From an uncultured virus (IMG/VR IMGVR_UViG_3300032285_000379) (lineage: Duplodnaviria > Heunggongvirae > Uroviricota > Caudoviricetes), in IMG/VR virus record IMGVR_UViG_3300032285_000379: a stretch of 64,000 bases of DNA; one strand, written 5' to 3'. Shown piece after piece: positions 37,484 through 45,958 of this stretch. Within the stretch, counting starts at the first letter, position 1, and each line of letters starts with the position of its first letter. A program made the translations under genes and the position numbers. The notes under the pieces were generated by a model, which searched no databases, was not told the DNA's origin, and saw only the letters and a program-made list of their open reading frames with translations.

Positions 37484-37908
37484 TGGCTTTCACAGGAAAT
37501 TGGGCTTGCAACGCTTTCAAAACAGGGCTGATGAACGGCACGTACAACTTTACGTCCGGCACGTTCTACATGGCTCTGTACACCAATGCAGCCACGCTTG
37601 ATGCCACTACCACGGCTTATACGTCTACGGGCGAAGTTGTGGCTTCAGGGTACACGGCTGGCGGTCTTGCTCTCACGATTGCGCAGATTCCAACTGTAGG
37701 CAACTCAGGTACAACGGCGTACATATCATTTAACAATGCCATATGGACATCATCTTTGACCGCCCGTGGCGCATTGATTTATCAAACTACTACCGGTAAT
37801 CCAGCGGTGTGCGTATTGGACTTTGGTTCAGATAAATCAAGCTCATCCACGTTTACCGTTCAGTTCCCAGATCCCTCAAACACTTCAGCAATCATAAGGA
37901 TCGCGTAA
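37483..37908 (+). CDS. Virion structural protein
   Basis: FYMALYT, GYTAGG; paralogous to 38110..38601. Confidence 0.7.
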   Translation: MAFTGNWACNAFKTGLMNGTYNFTSGTFYMALYTNAATLDATTTAYTSTGEVVASGYTAGGLALTIAQIPTVGNSGTTAYISFNNAIWTSSLTARGALIYQTTTGNPAVCVLDFGSDKSSSSTFTVQFPDPSNTSAIIRIA

Positions 37909-38099
37909 TGCTAGTCACAACAACCAAAGGCGACATGGATGATTCCTTGCTTGAAAAGCGGGAAGGTAATGTCGATAACGACAATGAGTACACGACTTGG
38001 GTTGAGTATTGGCTTGATGGTGAACTTGTTCACCGATCTGCGCATGTGACACTGAAAAAAACGCCGACATTTGGCGGCGATGTAGCTTCTCTTGGCTAA
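37908..38099 (+). CDS. Hypothetical protein
   Basis: Coupled ORF. Confidence 0.65.
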   Translation: MLVTTTKGDMDDSLLEKREGNVDNDNEYTTWVEYWLDGELVHRSAHVTLKKTPTFGGDVASLG

Positions 38100-38109
38100 A
38101 GGATAAAAA

Positions 38110-38601
38110 ATGGCAAATACCCAATCACTGTGTACTTCTTTCATGAGTGAACTGATGCTGGGTCAGCACCAACTTGGCACTTCAACTATTGTGTCCCGTG
38201 GCAGCTTGACATCCCCAACAACAGATACCGTCAAGGCGGCTTTGTATTTGGCAAGCGCCACTATCAATGCTGGAACTACCGCATATTCTGCGACAGGTGA
38301 AGTGTCTGGCGCGGGTTATTCAGCGGGCGGGGTAACAGTAACAAATGCCAATACCCCAGCATCCACCAATTCATCAAGCACTGCTGGTGTAGCCTACTGG
38401 ACACCATCAGCAAGCATCACATACACATCGGTAACGCTTGCAACTGCGTTTGATTGCGTACTAGTCTACAACTCAACCCAAAGCAACAAGGCTATCAGTG
38501 TTCACACTTTTGGCTCACAAACAATCACCGCAGGAACTTTTGTTCTGACAATGCCGTCCAACACAACGACAACTGCGCTGTTGCGCTTGTCAACAACCTA
38601 A
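38110..38601 (+). CDS. Virion structural protein
   Basis: KAALY, GEVSGAGYSAGG. Confidence 0.7.
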   Translation: MANTQSLCTSFMSELMLGQHQLGTSTIVSRGSLTSPTTDTVKAALYLASATINAGTTAYSATGEVSGAGYSAGGVTVTNANTPASTNSSSTAGVAYWTPSASITYTSVTLATAFDCVLVYNSTQSNKAISVHTFGSQTITAGTFVLTMPSNTTTTALLRLSTT

Positions 38602-38626
38602 GCGGGGCGGCGTAAGCCGTTAAGAA

Positions 38627-39109
38627 ATGTTTGGCATTTCCCCGTTTTCCGGAGCGCCGTTTTCATCACTGTCGGGGGTAACAATTCTTGTTTCCCTGAC
38701 TGGTGTTCAGGGGTCTGGAAATGTTGGGACTGTTGGCTACCAAGAGCAGTGGCCTCAGACAGGCGATGTTGCGGTAGGTAATGTAGGAACTGTTGGGGTA
38801 GTCATAACAGTTGCCTTGTCTGGTGTTGCCGGAGTTGGTGCTGTTGGCACGATGACGCTGGGAGACAGGCAGTTTGCCATAACGGGCGTTGGATCTGTTG
38901 GGTCGGTGGCAAACACGGCTGGCGGACAACCGCTCACAGGGGTTTTGGCAAGCGGCGGAGTTGGTAATCTGATTGCGATTTACTGGAAGTTGATTGACGA
39001 CAGTCAAACCGCAAACTGGCAGAATATAACGGATACCCAAACGGCTGGGTGGGCGTTGGTTCAGTCAGATGACCCAACGACATGGCAATTGATTGACACA
39101 ACGCCGTAA
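38627..39109 (+). CDS. Virion protein with G-x-V-G-T-V repeats
   Basis: MFGISPFSGAPFSSL start. Confidence 0.7.
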   Translation: MFGISPFSGAPFSSLSGVTILVSLTGVQGSGNVGTVGYQEQWPQTGDVAVGNVGTVGVVITVALSGVAGVGAVGTMTLGDRQFAITGVGSVGSVANTAGGQPLTGVLASGGVGNLIAIYWKLIDDSQTANWQNITDTQTAGWALVQSDDPTTWQLIDTTP

Positions 39110-39118
39110 GGATAAAAG

Positions 39119-39580
39119 ATGGCAACTATCGTACTTGCAGACCGAGTAAAAGAGACTACCACTACGACAGGTACGGGAACAGTGACTCTGCTTGGAGCTT
39201 CAACTGGCTATCAATCTTTTTCAGCTATTGGTAACGGAAACGCTACCTATTACACAATCGCCGGGCAGACTGGCTCTGAATGGGAAGTTGGAATTGGCAC
39301 ATACACCTCATCAGGGACAACCCTAAGCAGGGATACGATTCTTGCTTCAAGCAACTCAGGCTCAGCGGTGAACTTCAGCGCAGGCACAAAAGATGTATTT
39401 GTATCCTATCCGGCGGGTAGGTCAGTTGATGGCGGTCAAGGCTATCTTCAAATGGCAAGTACCGTGACAGCAAGTTCAAGCATAAAGGACGGGAACAACG
39501 CTTTCAGCGTTGGCCCAATCACAATAAATTCAGGCGTTTCGGTGACTGTGCCAACCGGCTCCCTCTGGATTGTTCTTTGA
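39119..39580 (+). CDS. Tail-associated protein
   Basis: LADRVKETTTTTGTG, EWEVGIGTY. Confidence 0.75.
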   Translation: MATIVLADRVKETTTTTGTGTVTLLGASTGYQSFSAIGNGNATYYTIAGQTGSEWEVGIGTYTSSGTTLSRDTILASSNSGSAVNFSAGTKDVFVSYPAGRSVDGGQGYLQMASTVTASSSIKDGNNAFSVGPITINSGVSVTVPTGSLWIVL

Positions 39581-39612
39581 TAAACAAATAGAATGCGACA
39601 AGGAGTTTAAAC

Positions 39613-40212
39613 GTGCCATCCTCATATACCTCACTATTAGGGCTGGTTTTACCAGCAACCGGGGAACTCACATCAACGTGGGGATCCACGGTCAACACTT
39701 CACTGACTCAGTTGGTGGAGGACTCCATCGCCCAATATTCAACAGCAAGCGTCACCTCTGGCGATTGGACGTTAACCACAACGGCTGGCGGTGTTGCCAA
39801 TGAGGCTAGAAACGCTATTCTGATTGCCACAGGTGCGCCCGGCACGACACGATATATCTACGCCCCAGCGCAGAGTAAAAACTATGTGGTTATCAACAAC
39901 TGCACGGACTCAAGCATTGTTTACATCCGAGGCGGTACATCCGCATCACACACAACCGGAGTGCCAATTGCAGCGGGAAGCTCTGCTTTGGTGTCTTGGG
40001 ATTCAACAGCAAATGATTTTGTCACTGTAGCTGGCGGAGGTGCTGGTGCTACCGGCGCTGGTGGGGATCAGATCTTTATTGAGAATGGTCAGACCGTCAC
40101 AACAAGTTACACAATCCCATCTGGCAAGAACGCTGGAACATTTGGCCCTGTCACAGTCAATAACAGCGTCACAGTGACCATTCCCACTGGCAGCAGTTGG
40201 ACAATAGTTTAA
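39613..40212 (+). CDS. Tail fiber-associated protein
   Basis: AGGAG RBS; C-terminal GPVTV..VTIPTGSSW shared with previous gene. Confidence 0.7.
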   Translation: MPSSYTSLLGLVLPATGELTSTWGSTVNTSLTQLVEDSIAQYSTASVTSGDWTLTTTAGGVANEARNAILIATGAPGTTRYIYAPAQSKNYVVINNCTDSSIVYIRGGTSASHTTGVPIAAGSSALVSWDSTANDFVTVAGGGAGATGAGGDQIFIENGQTVTTSYTIPSGKNAGTFGPVTVNNSVTVTIPTGSSWTIV

Positions 40213-40221
40213 GGAGAACAC

Positions 40222-40887
40222 ATGAGTTCAGTACAAATCTCAGGTAGCGCAAGCGGGGCAGGTGTCCTGAATATTGCTGCGCCGACCACATCCACCAATC
40301 GGACGTTGACGCTGCCAGATGCAACCACCACATTTGTTGGTACAGATGTAACGCAGACGTTGACCAATAAAACATTAACAAGCCCAACAATAGGCGGAAC
40401 TCCTGTAATGGGAGCAAGTGTCATTACTTCTGGTACTGCTCAAGCATCTACCAGTGGTACGAGCATTGACTTTACTTCTATCCCATCATGGGTGAAGCGG
40501 ATTACTGTGATGTTTAATGGCACATCTTTATCTGGTACATCAAATATTTTGGTTCAATTAGGTGCAGGTTCAATTACATCGACAGGATATATTGCACTTG
40601 GAAATGGATATAACCAAGCCGCTGGTACTGCGGGTCAAACATCAACAAGTGGATTTCCAGTTTATTTGGCTACTGCCGCTTCTGCCGCAATTGGACAGAT
40701 GATTATCACAAACATTTCTTCCAATATATGGATTTCATCACATAGCGGAACAAAAGGTGATTCACTTACAGCTATAAGCGGCGGTGGTAATGTAACTCTT
40801 TCTGGAACACTTGACCGAGTACGCATCACTACTGTTAACGGCACAGACACCTTTGATGCTGGTTCAATAAACATTCTTTACGAGTAA
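40222..40887 (+). CDS. Tail fiber-like protein
   Basis: RTLTLPDA, TQTLTNKTLTSP. Confidence 0.7.
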   Translation: MSSVQISGSASGAGVLNIAAPTTSTNRTLTLPDATTTFVGTDVTQTLTNKTLTSPTIGGTPVMGASVITSGTAQASTSGTSIDFTSIPSWVKRITVMFNGTSLSGTSNILVQLGAGSITSTGYIALGNGYNQAAGTAGQTSTSGFPVYLATAASAAIGQMIITNISSNIWISSHSGTKGDSLTAISGGGNVTLSGTLDRVRITTVNGTDTFDAGSINILYE

Positions 40888-40892
40888 ACACC

Positions 40893-41693
40893 ATGACAGC
40901 AAAAATAGACGGCACAAACGGCGTACTCCAGCAGTACGACTACCAAGTCCTGACGACAGGCTTCACCTACACCTTTGCCGCTGGAACAACTGTTCTGGTG
41001 ATAAACCCTGCTGGTACTTTGGCTACCGGCACAATCACTTTCCCCGCTGCTCCAGTGGATGGAATGACTATTACGTTCAGTTCAACCCAGCAGATCACTG
41101 CATTGACCTTATCGGGTAACGGCAAAACAATTGTCAGCGCGGCAACTATATTGCCTGCCAATCAAGCCACAACGTATGTCTACCGGCTGTCAAACACCTC
41201 TTGGTATCCAATGACCAACGTGGCAGGTGTAATTCCTAAAGTATCTTTGCCAACGGGTTCTGTATTGCAAGTTGTAAGCACAAACAAAAACGATACTTTT
41301 TCAACGTCATCAACAACTTTTACAGATGTTACAGGGTTAAGCGTAAGCATTACTCCAACAAGCACTTCAAGCAAAATATTGGTAGTTGTTGACACCAATT
41401 ATAGCCCTAGTGGAACTTCAACATTAGTTGTTTTTAACTTGGTTAGAGACTCTACAAATATTGCACAGCCAGCAACAGCTTCGACATATACCGGATCATT
41501 TGTTGCATACACAAATGCGGCAGATACTATGTTGACTCCAAGTTTTAATTTTTTAGACTCTCCAGCAACAACAAGCGCAACAACATACAAAATTCAAGTT
41601 AGAATAAATTCGGGAACCATGTATTTAAATAGAAGGTTTACTACTGACACTGCATCCACATCAACAATCACAGTCATGGAGATTGCAGCATGA
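40893..41693 (+). CDS. Tail fiber-like protein
   Basis: GSVLQVV, DSPATTSATTYKIQ, ITVMEIA. Confidence 0.7.
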   Translation: MTAKIDGTNGVLQQYDYQVLTTGFTYTFAAGTTVLVINPAGTLATGTITFPAAPVDGMTITFSSTQQITALTLSGNGKTIVSAATILPANQATTYVYRLSNTSWYPMTNVAGVIPKVSLPTGSVLQVVSTNKNDTFSTSSTTFTDVTGLSVSITPTSTSSKILVVVDTNYSPSGTSTLVVFNLVRDSTNIAQPATASTYTGSFVAYTNAADTMLTPSFNFLDSPATTSATTYKIQVRINSGTMYLNRRFTTDTASTSTITVMEIAA

Positions 41694-41956
41694 ATCACAA
41701 TGCAATATACGCTCTTTACCCCCAAGTTGTTACTGTCGATGACGGCGACGGCGCAAGAGATGCTCAAGGCAACAAAGTTGAAATTGACATGGATGCAGTC
41801 AACGCATGGGTTGACCCTAACGCATACAAAGCCAAACGTGTTGCCGAGTACCCATCCATAGGCGATCAACTTGATGCTTTATGGAAAGGTGGCGATGCCG
41901 CCGCTGAAATGCTGGCAACAGTCCAAGCAGTCAAAGCTAAATACCCGAAAGGCTAA
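41690..41956 (+). CDS. Putative tail fiber assembly chaperone
   Basis: YKAKRVAEYPSIGDQLDALW..VKAKYPK. Confidence 0.65.
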   Translation: MNHNAIYALYPQVVTVDDGDGARDAQGNKVEIDMDAVNAWVDPNAYKAKRVAEYPSIGDQLDALWKGGDAAAEMLATVQAVKAKYPKG

Positions 41957-41958
41957 TC

Positions 41959-42339
41959 ATGGCAATCACACTCAACGGAACAACCGGTATTGTTGCAAGC
42001 GGCGATGTTAGCGATGGCCTTGGCTTAGTGCGATCTTTGCCGATTAACTCACAAACTTCTGCTTACATTGTTGCGGCAACGGACAACGGCAGAACAATCT
42101 CCATCACCACAGGTGGTGTGACGATAAACAACTCAATCATGTCTTCGGGTATGGTTGTATCAATCTACAACAACTCCGGTTCAAGCCAAACAATTACGCA
42201 AGGTACAGGTGTTACTTTGCAGTGGGCGGGGCAGACATCATCTTCAACAGGTAATAGAACGCTTGGCCTTTATGGTCTTGCAACTATTGTGTTTTTATCT
42301 GCGTCAAGCGCAGTAATCACTGGATCAGGATTGACTTAA
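41959..42339 (+). CDS. Tail-associated protein
   Basis: Beta-rich ORF in tail module. Confidence 0.65.
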   Translation: MAITLNGTTGIVASGDVSDGLGLVRSLPINSQTSAYIVAATDNGRTISITTGGVTINNSIMSSGMVVSIYNNSGSSQTITQGTGVTLQWAGQTSSSTGNRTLGLYGLATIVFLSASSAVITGSGLT

Positions 42340-42340
42340 C

Positions 42341-43246
42341 ATGACAATGATGTCCGTCTTAGCTGGGAGTGGGCCGGGCCGTAAGACTCTGTCCTATACG
42401 TATTCAGCGAACACTACTAACGCAAGTTTAGACGTAACTTCTATTTCTGGGTACTCCGCAGGTAAGTCTGACATTACAATTACTGTAAACAGCAGTGTAT
42501 GGGTTTATGCAACTACCACAGCTAACGCTGGCCTGACATTGACTGGTGGTTCAACAGGCGACACAATCACGCTTGTCAACAACGGCTTCATTGCTGGCAT
42601 GGGAGGTGCTGGCGCTGGATACTTGGGTGGCAATGGAGGTGGTGGTGGCACTGCTCTTTCGCTTGGATTTAATACTACGGTAGATAACACCAACGCATCT
42701 GCTTATATTGGCGGAGGTGGAGGCGGCGGCGCTACTTCTGGCGGGTTTGGCGGCGGCGGTGGAGGCGCTGGTGGTGGCGGTGGAGGCAGTGGAGGACAAG
42801 CAGGAGGCGGTACTGCTGGTGGCGGCGGTAGTGGCGGTGCGGTTGGAGGTTCGGGGACTGCTGGAGGAACCTCTACTGTAAGCACTTATGTCGGTGGAGG
42901 CGGTTCTGGAGGCGGTTCTGGAGGTGGCGGCGGAGGTAGCGCCGCAGGTGGTAAAAATGTTGCGCAAGGTGGCGGTGGCGGTGGTGGCAGAATTTTCCCC
43001 GGATCTGGCGGTGCTGGCGGCAGTGCTGGCACTGGTGGAGTTGCAGGCGGCGCTGGAGGTTCTGCAAATGCTGGCGGTAGCAGTGCCACTGGTTCTGCTG
43101 CTGGTGGCGGCGGCTGGGGTGCAGCAGGCGGTAACGGCAGCGGAGCAGCGACTGGCGGTGCTGGCGGTAACGCTGTTGCCCTAAACGGCAAAACAATTAC
43201 ATGGGTTAGCGGTAACACAACAAGAGTTTACGGGAGTGTTTCATGA
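42341..43246 (+). CDS. Glycine-rich tail protein (T-even gp38 adhesin-like composition)
   Basis: Long poly-Gly stretches, TRVYG C-terminus. Confidence 0.7.
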   Translation: MTMMSVLAGSGPGRKTLSYTYSANTTNASLDVTSISGYSAGKSDITITVNSSVWVYATTTANAGLTLTGGSTGDTITLVNNGFIAGMGGAGAGYLGGNGGGGGTALSLGFNTTVDNTNASAYIGGGGGGGATSGGFGGGGGGAGGGGGGSGGQAGGGTAGGGGSGGAVGGSGTAGGTSTVSTYVGGGGSGGGSGGGGGGSAAGGKNVAQGGGGGGGRIFPGSGGAGGSAGTGGVAGGAGGSANAGGSSATGSAAGGGGWGAAGGNGSGAATGGAGGNAVALNGKTITWVSGNTTRVYGSVS

Positions 43247-43674
43247 GCGACACAATAATCACCAAAGAGCTTTTAGTTGACGCAATGGGTGCTTGTGATG
43301 TTGGCCCTACTTTTATTGAAGAAAATAATCTTTGGGGTCAACCTGATGAGTCAATTATTTGCCCCGCGCTTAGAGCCGCTGGTTTAAACGATGAAGCCAA
43401 TTGGTGGCTAAATCAAAAGAAAACAGAAAAATTTGTTCGTTGTAACGGAAAGGTAATCACCATGACAACCAACTATCAAGTGTTTAACCCATTGACTGGC
43501 TTGCACGACCAGTACGCAAATGAAGCAGAAGCAAAAGAAGCGCTTGCTAAAGTTTGTGAAGCGCTTATTGATAACTACAAACCAACAGTTTGCCAAGAAA
43601 TTACTAACGAGAATGGCGACTCGGCATGGACTTCGGTTGATCTGGTTGCGACCAGAAAAGTAACCATCGAGTAA
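43243..43674 (+). CDS. Hypothetical protein
   Basis: Coupled ORF. Confidence 0.7.
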   Translation: MSDTIITKELLVDAMGACDVGPTFIEENNLWGQPDESIICPALRAAGLNDEANWWLNQKKTEKFVRCNGKVITMTTNYQVFNPLTGLHDQYANEAEAKEALAKVCEALIDNYKPTVCQEITNENGDSAWTSVDLVATRKVTIE

Positions 43675-43677
43675 AAA

Positions 43678-44373
43678 ATTGATCCGATCTCCCTCCTCTT
43701 TGCTGCAAATGCTTGCGTTGCCGCCATCAAAGAAGGCTGTGAGCTTTACAAGCAAGCAAAGACCTCTTTCATGGAGGTTAAGGCTACAGTTGATGAAGCT
43801 GTCGGGATCGGAAAGGAGATCTATGGCTTCTGGGGGAAATTGGCAAAACTCTTTGGCGGCGCACCAAAACCGGCCCCAACCAAGCCTATGGCGAAAAAGA
43901 AAGACGAATACGTCGCTGTTGACGAGACGCAGGTCATGGTCGGAGTTGTCAAAAGTCTTACAGAATTCTTCAAAATCCAAGAACAGTTAGCAGCGCACAT
44001 TCGAGAGGAAGAAGAGAAATCCAGAAACGTATTTAATCCAGACCAGAATCAAATGGAAGCCGCACTGAAGCGGGTAATGGCGATGGATCAGATGGCGGCA
44101 CTGGAAGTGCAGATCAGGGAAACAATGGTGTATCAGAGTCCTCCAGAAATGGGTGCGCTGTACAGCAAGGTGTTTGAGATGAGGGATGTAATTGCTGCCG
44201 AACAGGAGGCGGCTAGATTGGCCCAAGAGCAGAAAGAGCGAAGGCTGAGATGGCAACGTCACCAAAGGGAAGCAAACCGAAACCTCAAAGCGGGAGCAAG
44301 CGTCCTGACCCTTATTCTTATCCTCTACCTGTGGACTTGGTTTCTGTGGCTGAGCCAGTGGAGGAAGATCTGA
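43678..44373 (+). CDS. Coiled-coil protein with C-terminal TM; possible ATT start
   Basis: Frame is open from ATT 43678 (IDPISLLFAANACVAAIKEG); first ATG is 43771. Confidence 0.7.
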   Translation: MDPISLLFAANACVAAIKEGCELYKQAKTSFMEVKATVDEAVGIGKEIYGFWGKLAKLFGGAPKPAPTKPMAKKKDEYVAVDETQVMVGVVKSLTEFFKIQEQLAAHIREEEEKSRNVFNPDQNQMEAALKRVMAMDQMAALEVQIRETMVYQSPPEMGALYSKVFEMRDVIAAEQEAARLAQEQKERRLRWQRHQREANRNLKAGASVLTLILILYLWTWFLWLSQWRKI

Positions 44374-44627
44374 TGGGCGTGCTGGGATGGGTTATGGCTG
44401 TGATTTTGGTGGCGCTCATGTTGCCTCTGCTGGCGTTCATGTACTTAGATGTACTGGAGACAAAGGCTGAAGCCAAGGCGCAGATGGAAAAGGTTGAAAA
44501 GTTACGTCGTGAAATTGAAAGGAAGAATCGTGATAAGAGTCCTGATGTGTTTGATGACAATCCTATATTTGACAGGGTGCGAAGACCGTTTTCGGTATCC
44601 GTGCCAAGACCCAAAAAACTGGAGTAA
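44373..44627 (+). CDS. N-terminal TM coiled-coil protein (i-spanin-like)
   Basis: MGVLGWVMAVILVALMLPLLAFMYL then coiled coil. Confidence 0.55.
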   Translation: MGVLGWVMAVILVALMLPLLAFMYLDVLETKAEAKAQMEKVEKLRREIERKNRDKSPDVFDDNPIFDRVRRPFSVSVPRPKKLE

Positions 44628-44709
44628 TCCAGAGTGCAAGCCACCGACCTGTACAGCAACCGGTACATGTCCAGACCAACTTGTTAAACCTGAGCAGGAG
44701 AAAAAGTAA
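44530..44709 (+). CDS. Small lipoprotein
   Basis: Lipobox LTGC then EDRFRYPCQDP; Cys/Pro-rich. Confidence 0.65.
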   Translation: MIRVLMCLMTILYLTGCEDRFRYPCQDPKNWSNPECKPPTCTATGTCPDQLVKPEQEKK

Positions 44710-45026
44710 TGGCTACTGTCGTAATGAATACCAAGCAGCGCATGACCGCTGAAGAGATTGAAGTCCGTGTCTGGGCTTTTGTCATTGTGGTTTTAGTGTC
44801 CATCCTGTTGGGCGCAATGGCTATGTTCTTGTACTCGGTGACTTACGTCACGCAGCCCATGTCTGGCATGGCTCCAATTGACAAGATCTATACCAGCCAA
44901 ATCTCCACCATCATGGTATTTATCACCGGCGTGTTGGGTGGTGTGGCTGGACGTTCCGGCATCAAAGCTGTAGCTACGGCAATATCCAAATCTGAAGCCA
45001 ACGACAACGAGCCACCTGCACCATGA
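44709..45026 (+). CDS. Putative holin (2 TM)
   Basis: Two hydrophobic segments; lysis cassette. Confidence 0.55.
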   Translation: MATVVMNTKQRMTAEEIEVRVWAFVIVVLVSILLGAMAMFLYSVTYVTQPMSGMAPIDKIYTSQISTIMVFITGVLGGVAGRSGIKAVATAISKSEANDNEPPAP

Positions 45027-45490
45027 AAGGTTTGCTGTCCGGCCTGATTGCCCTGCTGCTGACATTTGGCGGCGGATATTGGTATGGCGGTCATGTGGAA
45101 AAGAAAGCCCAGCAAGCCGAAGTTGACCGCCTGAATGCCCAAGCCAGAGCAAAGGAAGCTGCCCTGCTTGCCGCTGTTAATTCAACTTCTGACGCATTGA
45201 GGAAGACAAATGAGAAAGCTAAAACTGCTGCCCAAGAGCGCGACGCTGCTATTACTGCTGGCACTTACCGGATGCGGGTTCCTGTCCAAGCGACCTGCCC
45301 CGTACCAGCCACCGCAGATTCCTCAGCTCCCGCAGGAGATAACCGAGGAGAAGCTAGAGCCGAGCTTGACCCAGCGTTTGGAAAAGCTCTTTTCCAATTA
45401 ACCGAAGAAGGCGACCGCGCCATCAGGCGTTTGAATGCTTGTATCAGTTTGTACAACCAAGCGATTGAATCGCAGAAGGGAATTAAATAA
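45023..45490 (+). CDS. Rz: Rz-like inner-membrane spanin
   Basis: N-terminal TM, coiled coil, RAELDP..GDRAIRRLNAC. Confidence 0.8.
   Translation: MKGLLSGLIALLLTFGGGYWYGGHVEKKAQQAEVDRLNAQARAKEAALLAAVNSTSDALRKTNEKAKTAAQERDAAITAGTYRMRVPVQATCPVPATADSSAPAGDNRGEARAELDPAFGKALFQLTEEGDRAIRRLNACISLYNQAIESQKGIK
45210..45401 (+). CDS. Rz1: Embedded Rz1-like outer-membrane spanin
   Basis: +1 frame inside Rz; GAGGA RBS; signal LLLLLALTGC; Pro-rich. Confidence 0.75.
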   Translation: MRKLKLLPKSATLLLLLALTGCGFLSKRPAPYQPPQIPQLPQEITEEKLEPSLTQRLEKLFSN

Positions 45491-45954
45491 TGCAACTCTC
45501 AGCCAACTTCAGCCTGCATGAGCTGACCAAATCAGAAACTGCCCTGCGCATGGGCTTTGACAATACCCCCCGTGATGCCGAGACAGAGAGCTTGCGTTTG
45601 CTGTGCGAAAAGGTTCTTCAGCCCGTGCGCGACCACTACGGCAAGGGTGTCAAGGTGAACTCTGGGTTCCGCAGTCCTGAGTCAAATGCAGCAGTGGGCG
45701 GAAGTAAGACCTCAGACCATTGCAAGGGCCAAGCAGCCGATATTGAGATACCCGGAGTCCCTAACGCCGAGCTTGCCCAGTGGATCATGGATAACTTAGA
45801 ATACACCCAGTTGATACTGGAGTTTTACACTCCGGGCATTCCAGACAGTGGATGGGTGCATGTCAGCTACGACCCAGACAACTTAAAGAAGCAGGAGTTG
45901 ACCGCCATGAAAGTCGCTGGTAAAACTCAATATGTTCCCGGACTCGTAGCCTGA
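45490..45954 (+). CDS. Endolysin, peptidase M15 family
   Basis: SGFRS..NAAVGG..SDH..GQAAD, WVHVSY. Confidence 0.88.
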   Translation: MQLSANFSLHELTKSETALRMGFDNTPRDAETESLRLLCEKVLQPVRDHYGKGVKVNSGFRSPESNAAVGGSKTSDHCKGQAADIEIPGVPNAELAQWIMDNLEYTQLILEFYTPGIPDSGWVHVSYDPDNLKKQELTAMKVAGKTQYVPGLVA

Positions 45955-45958
45955 TGCC

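Noticed and set aside
42580..43170. GGY-rich periodic tract as a second guide array
   Set aside because: Period is 3 nt and in frame; it is poly-glycine coding sequence
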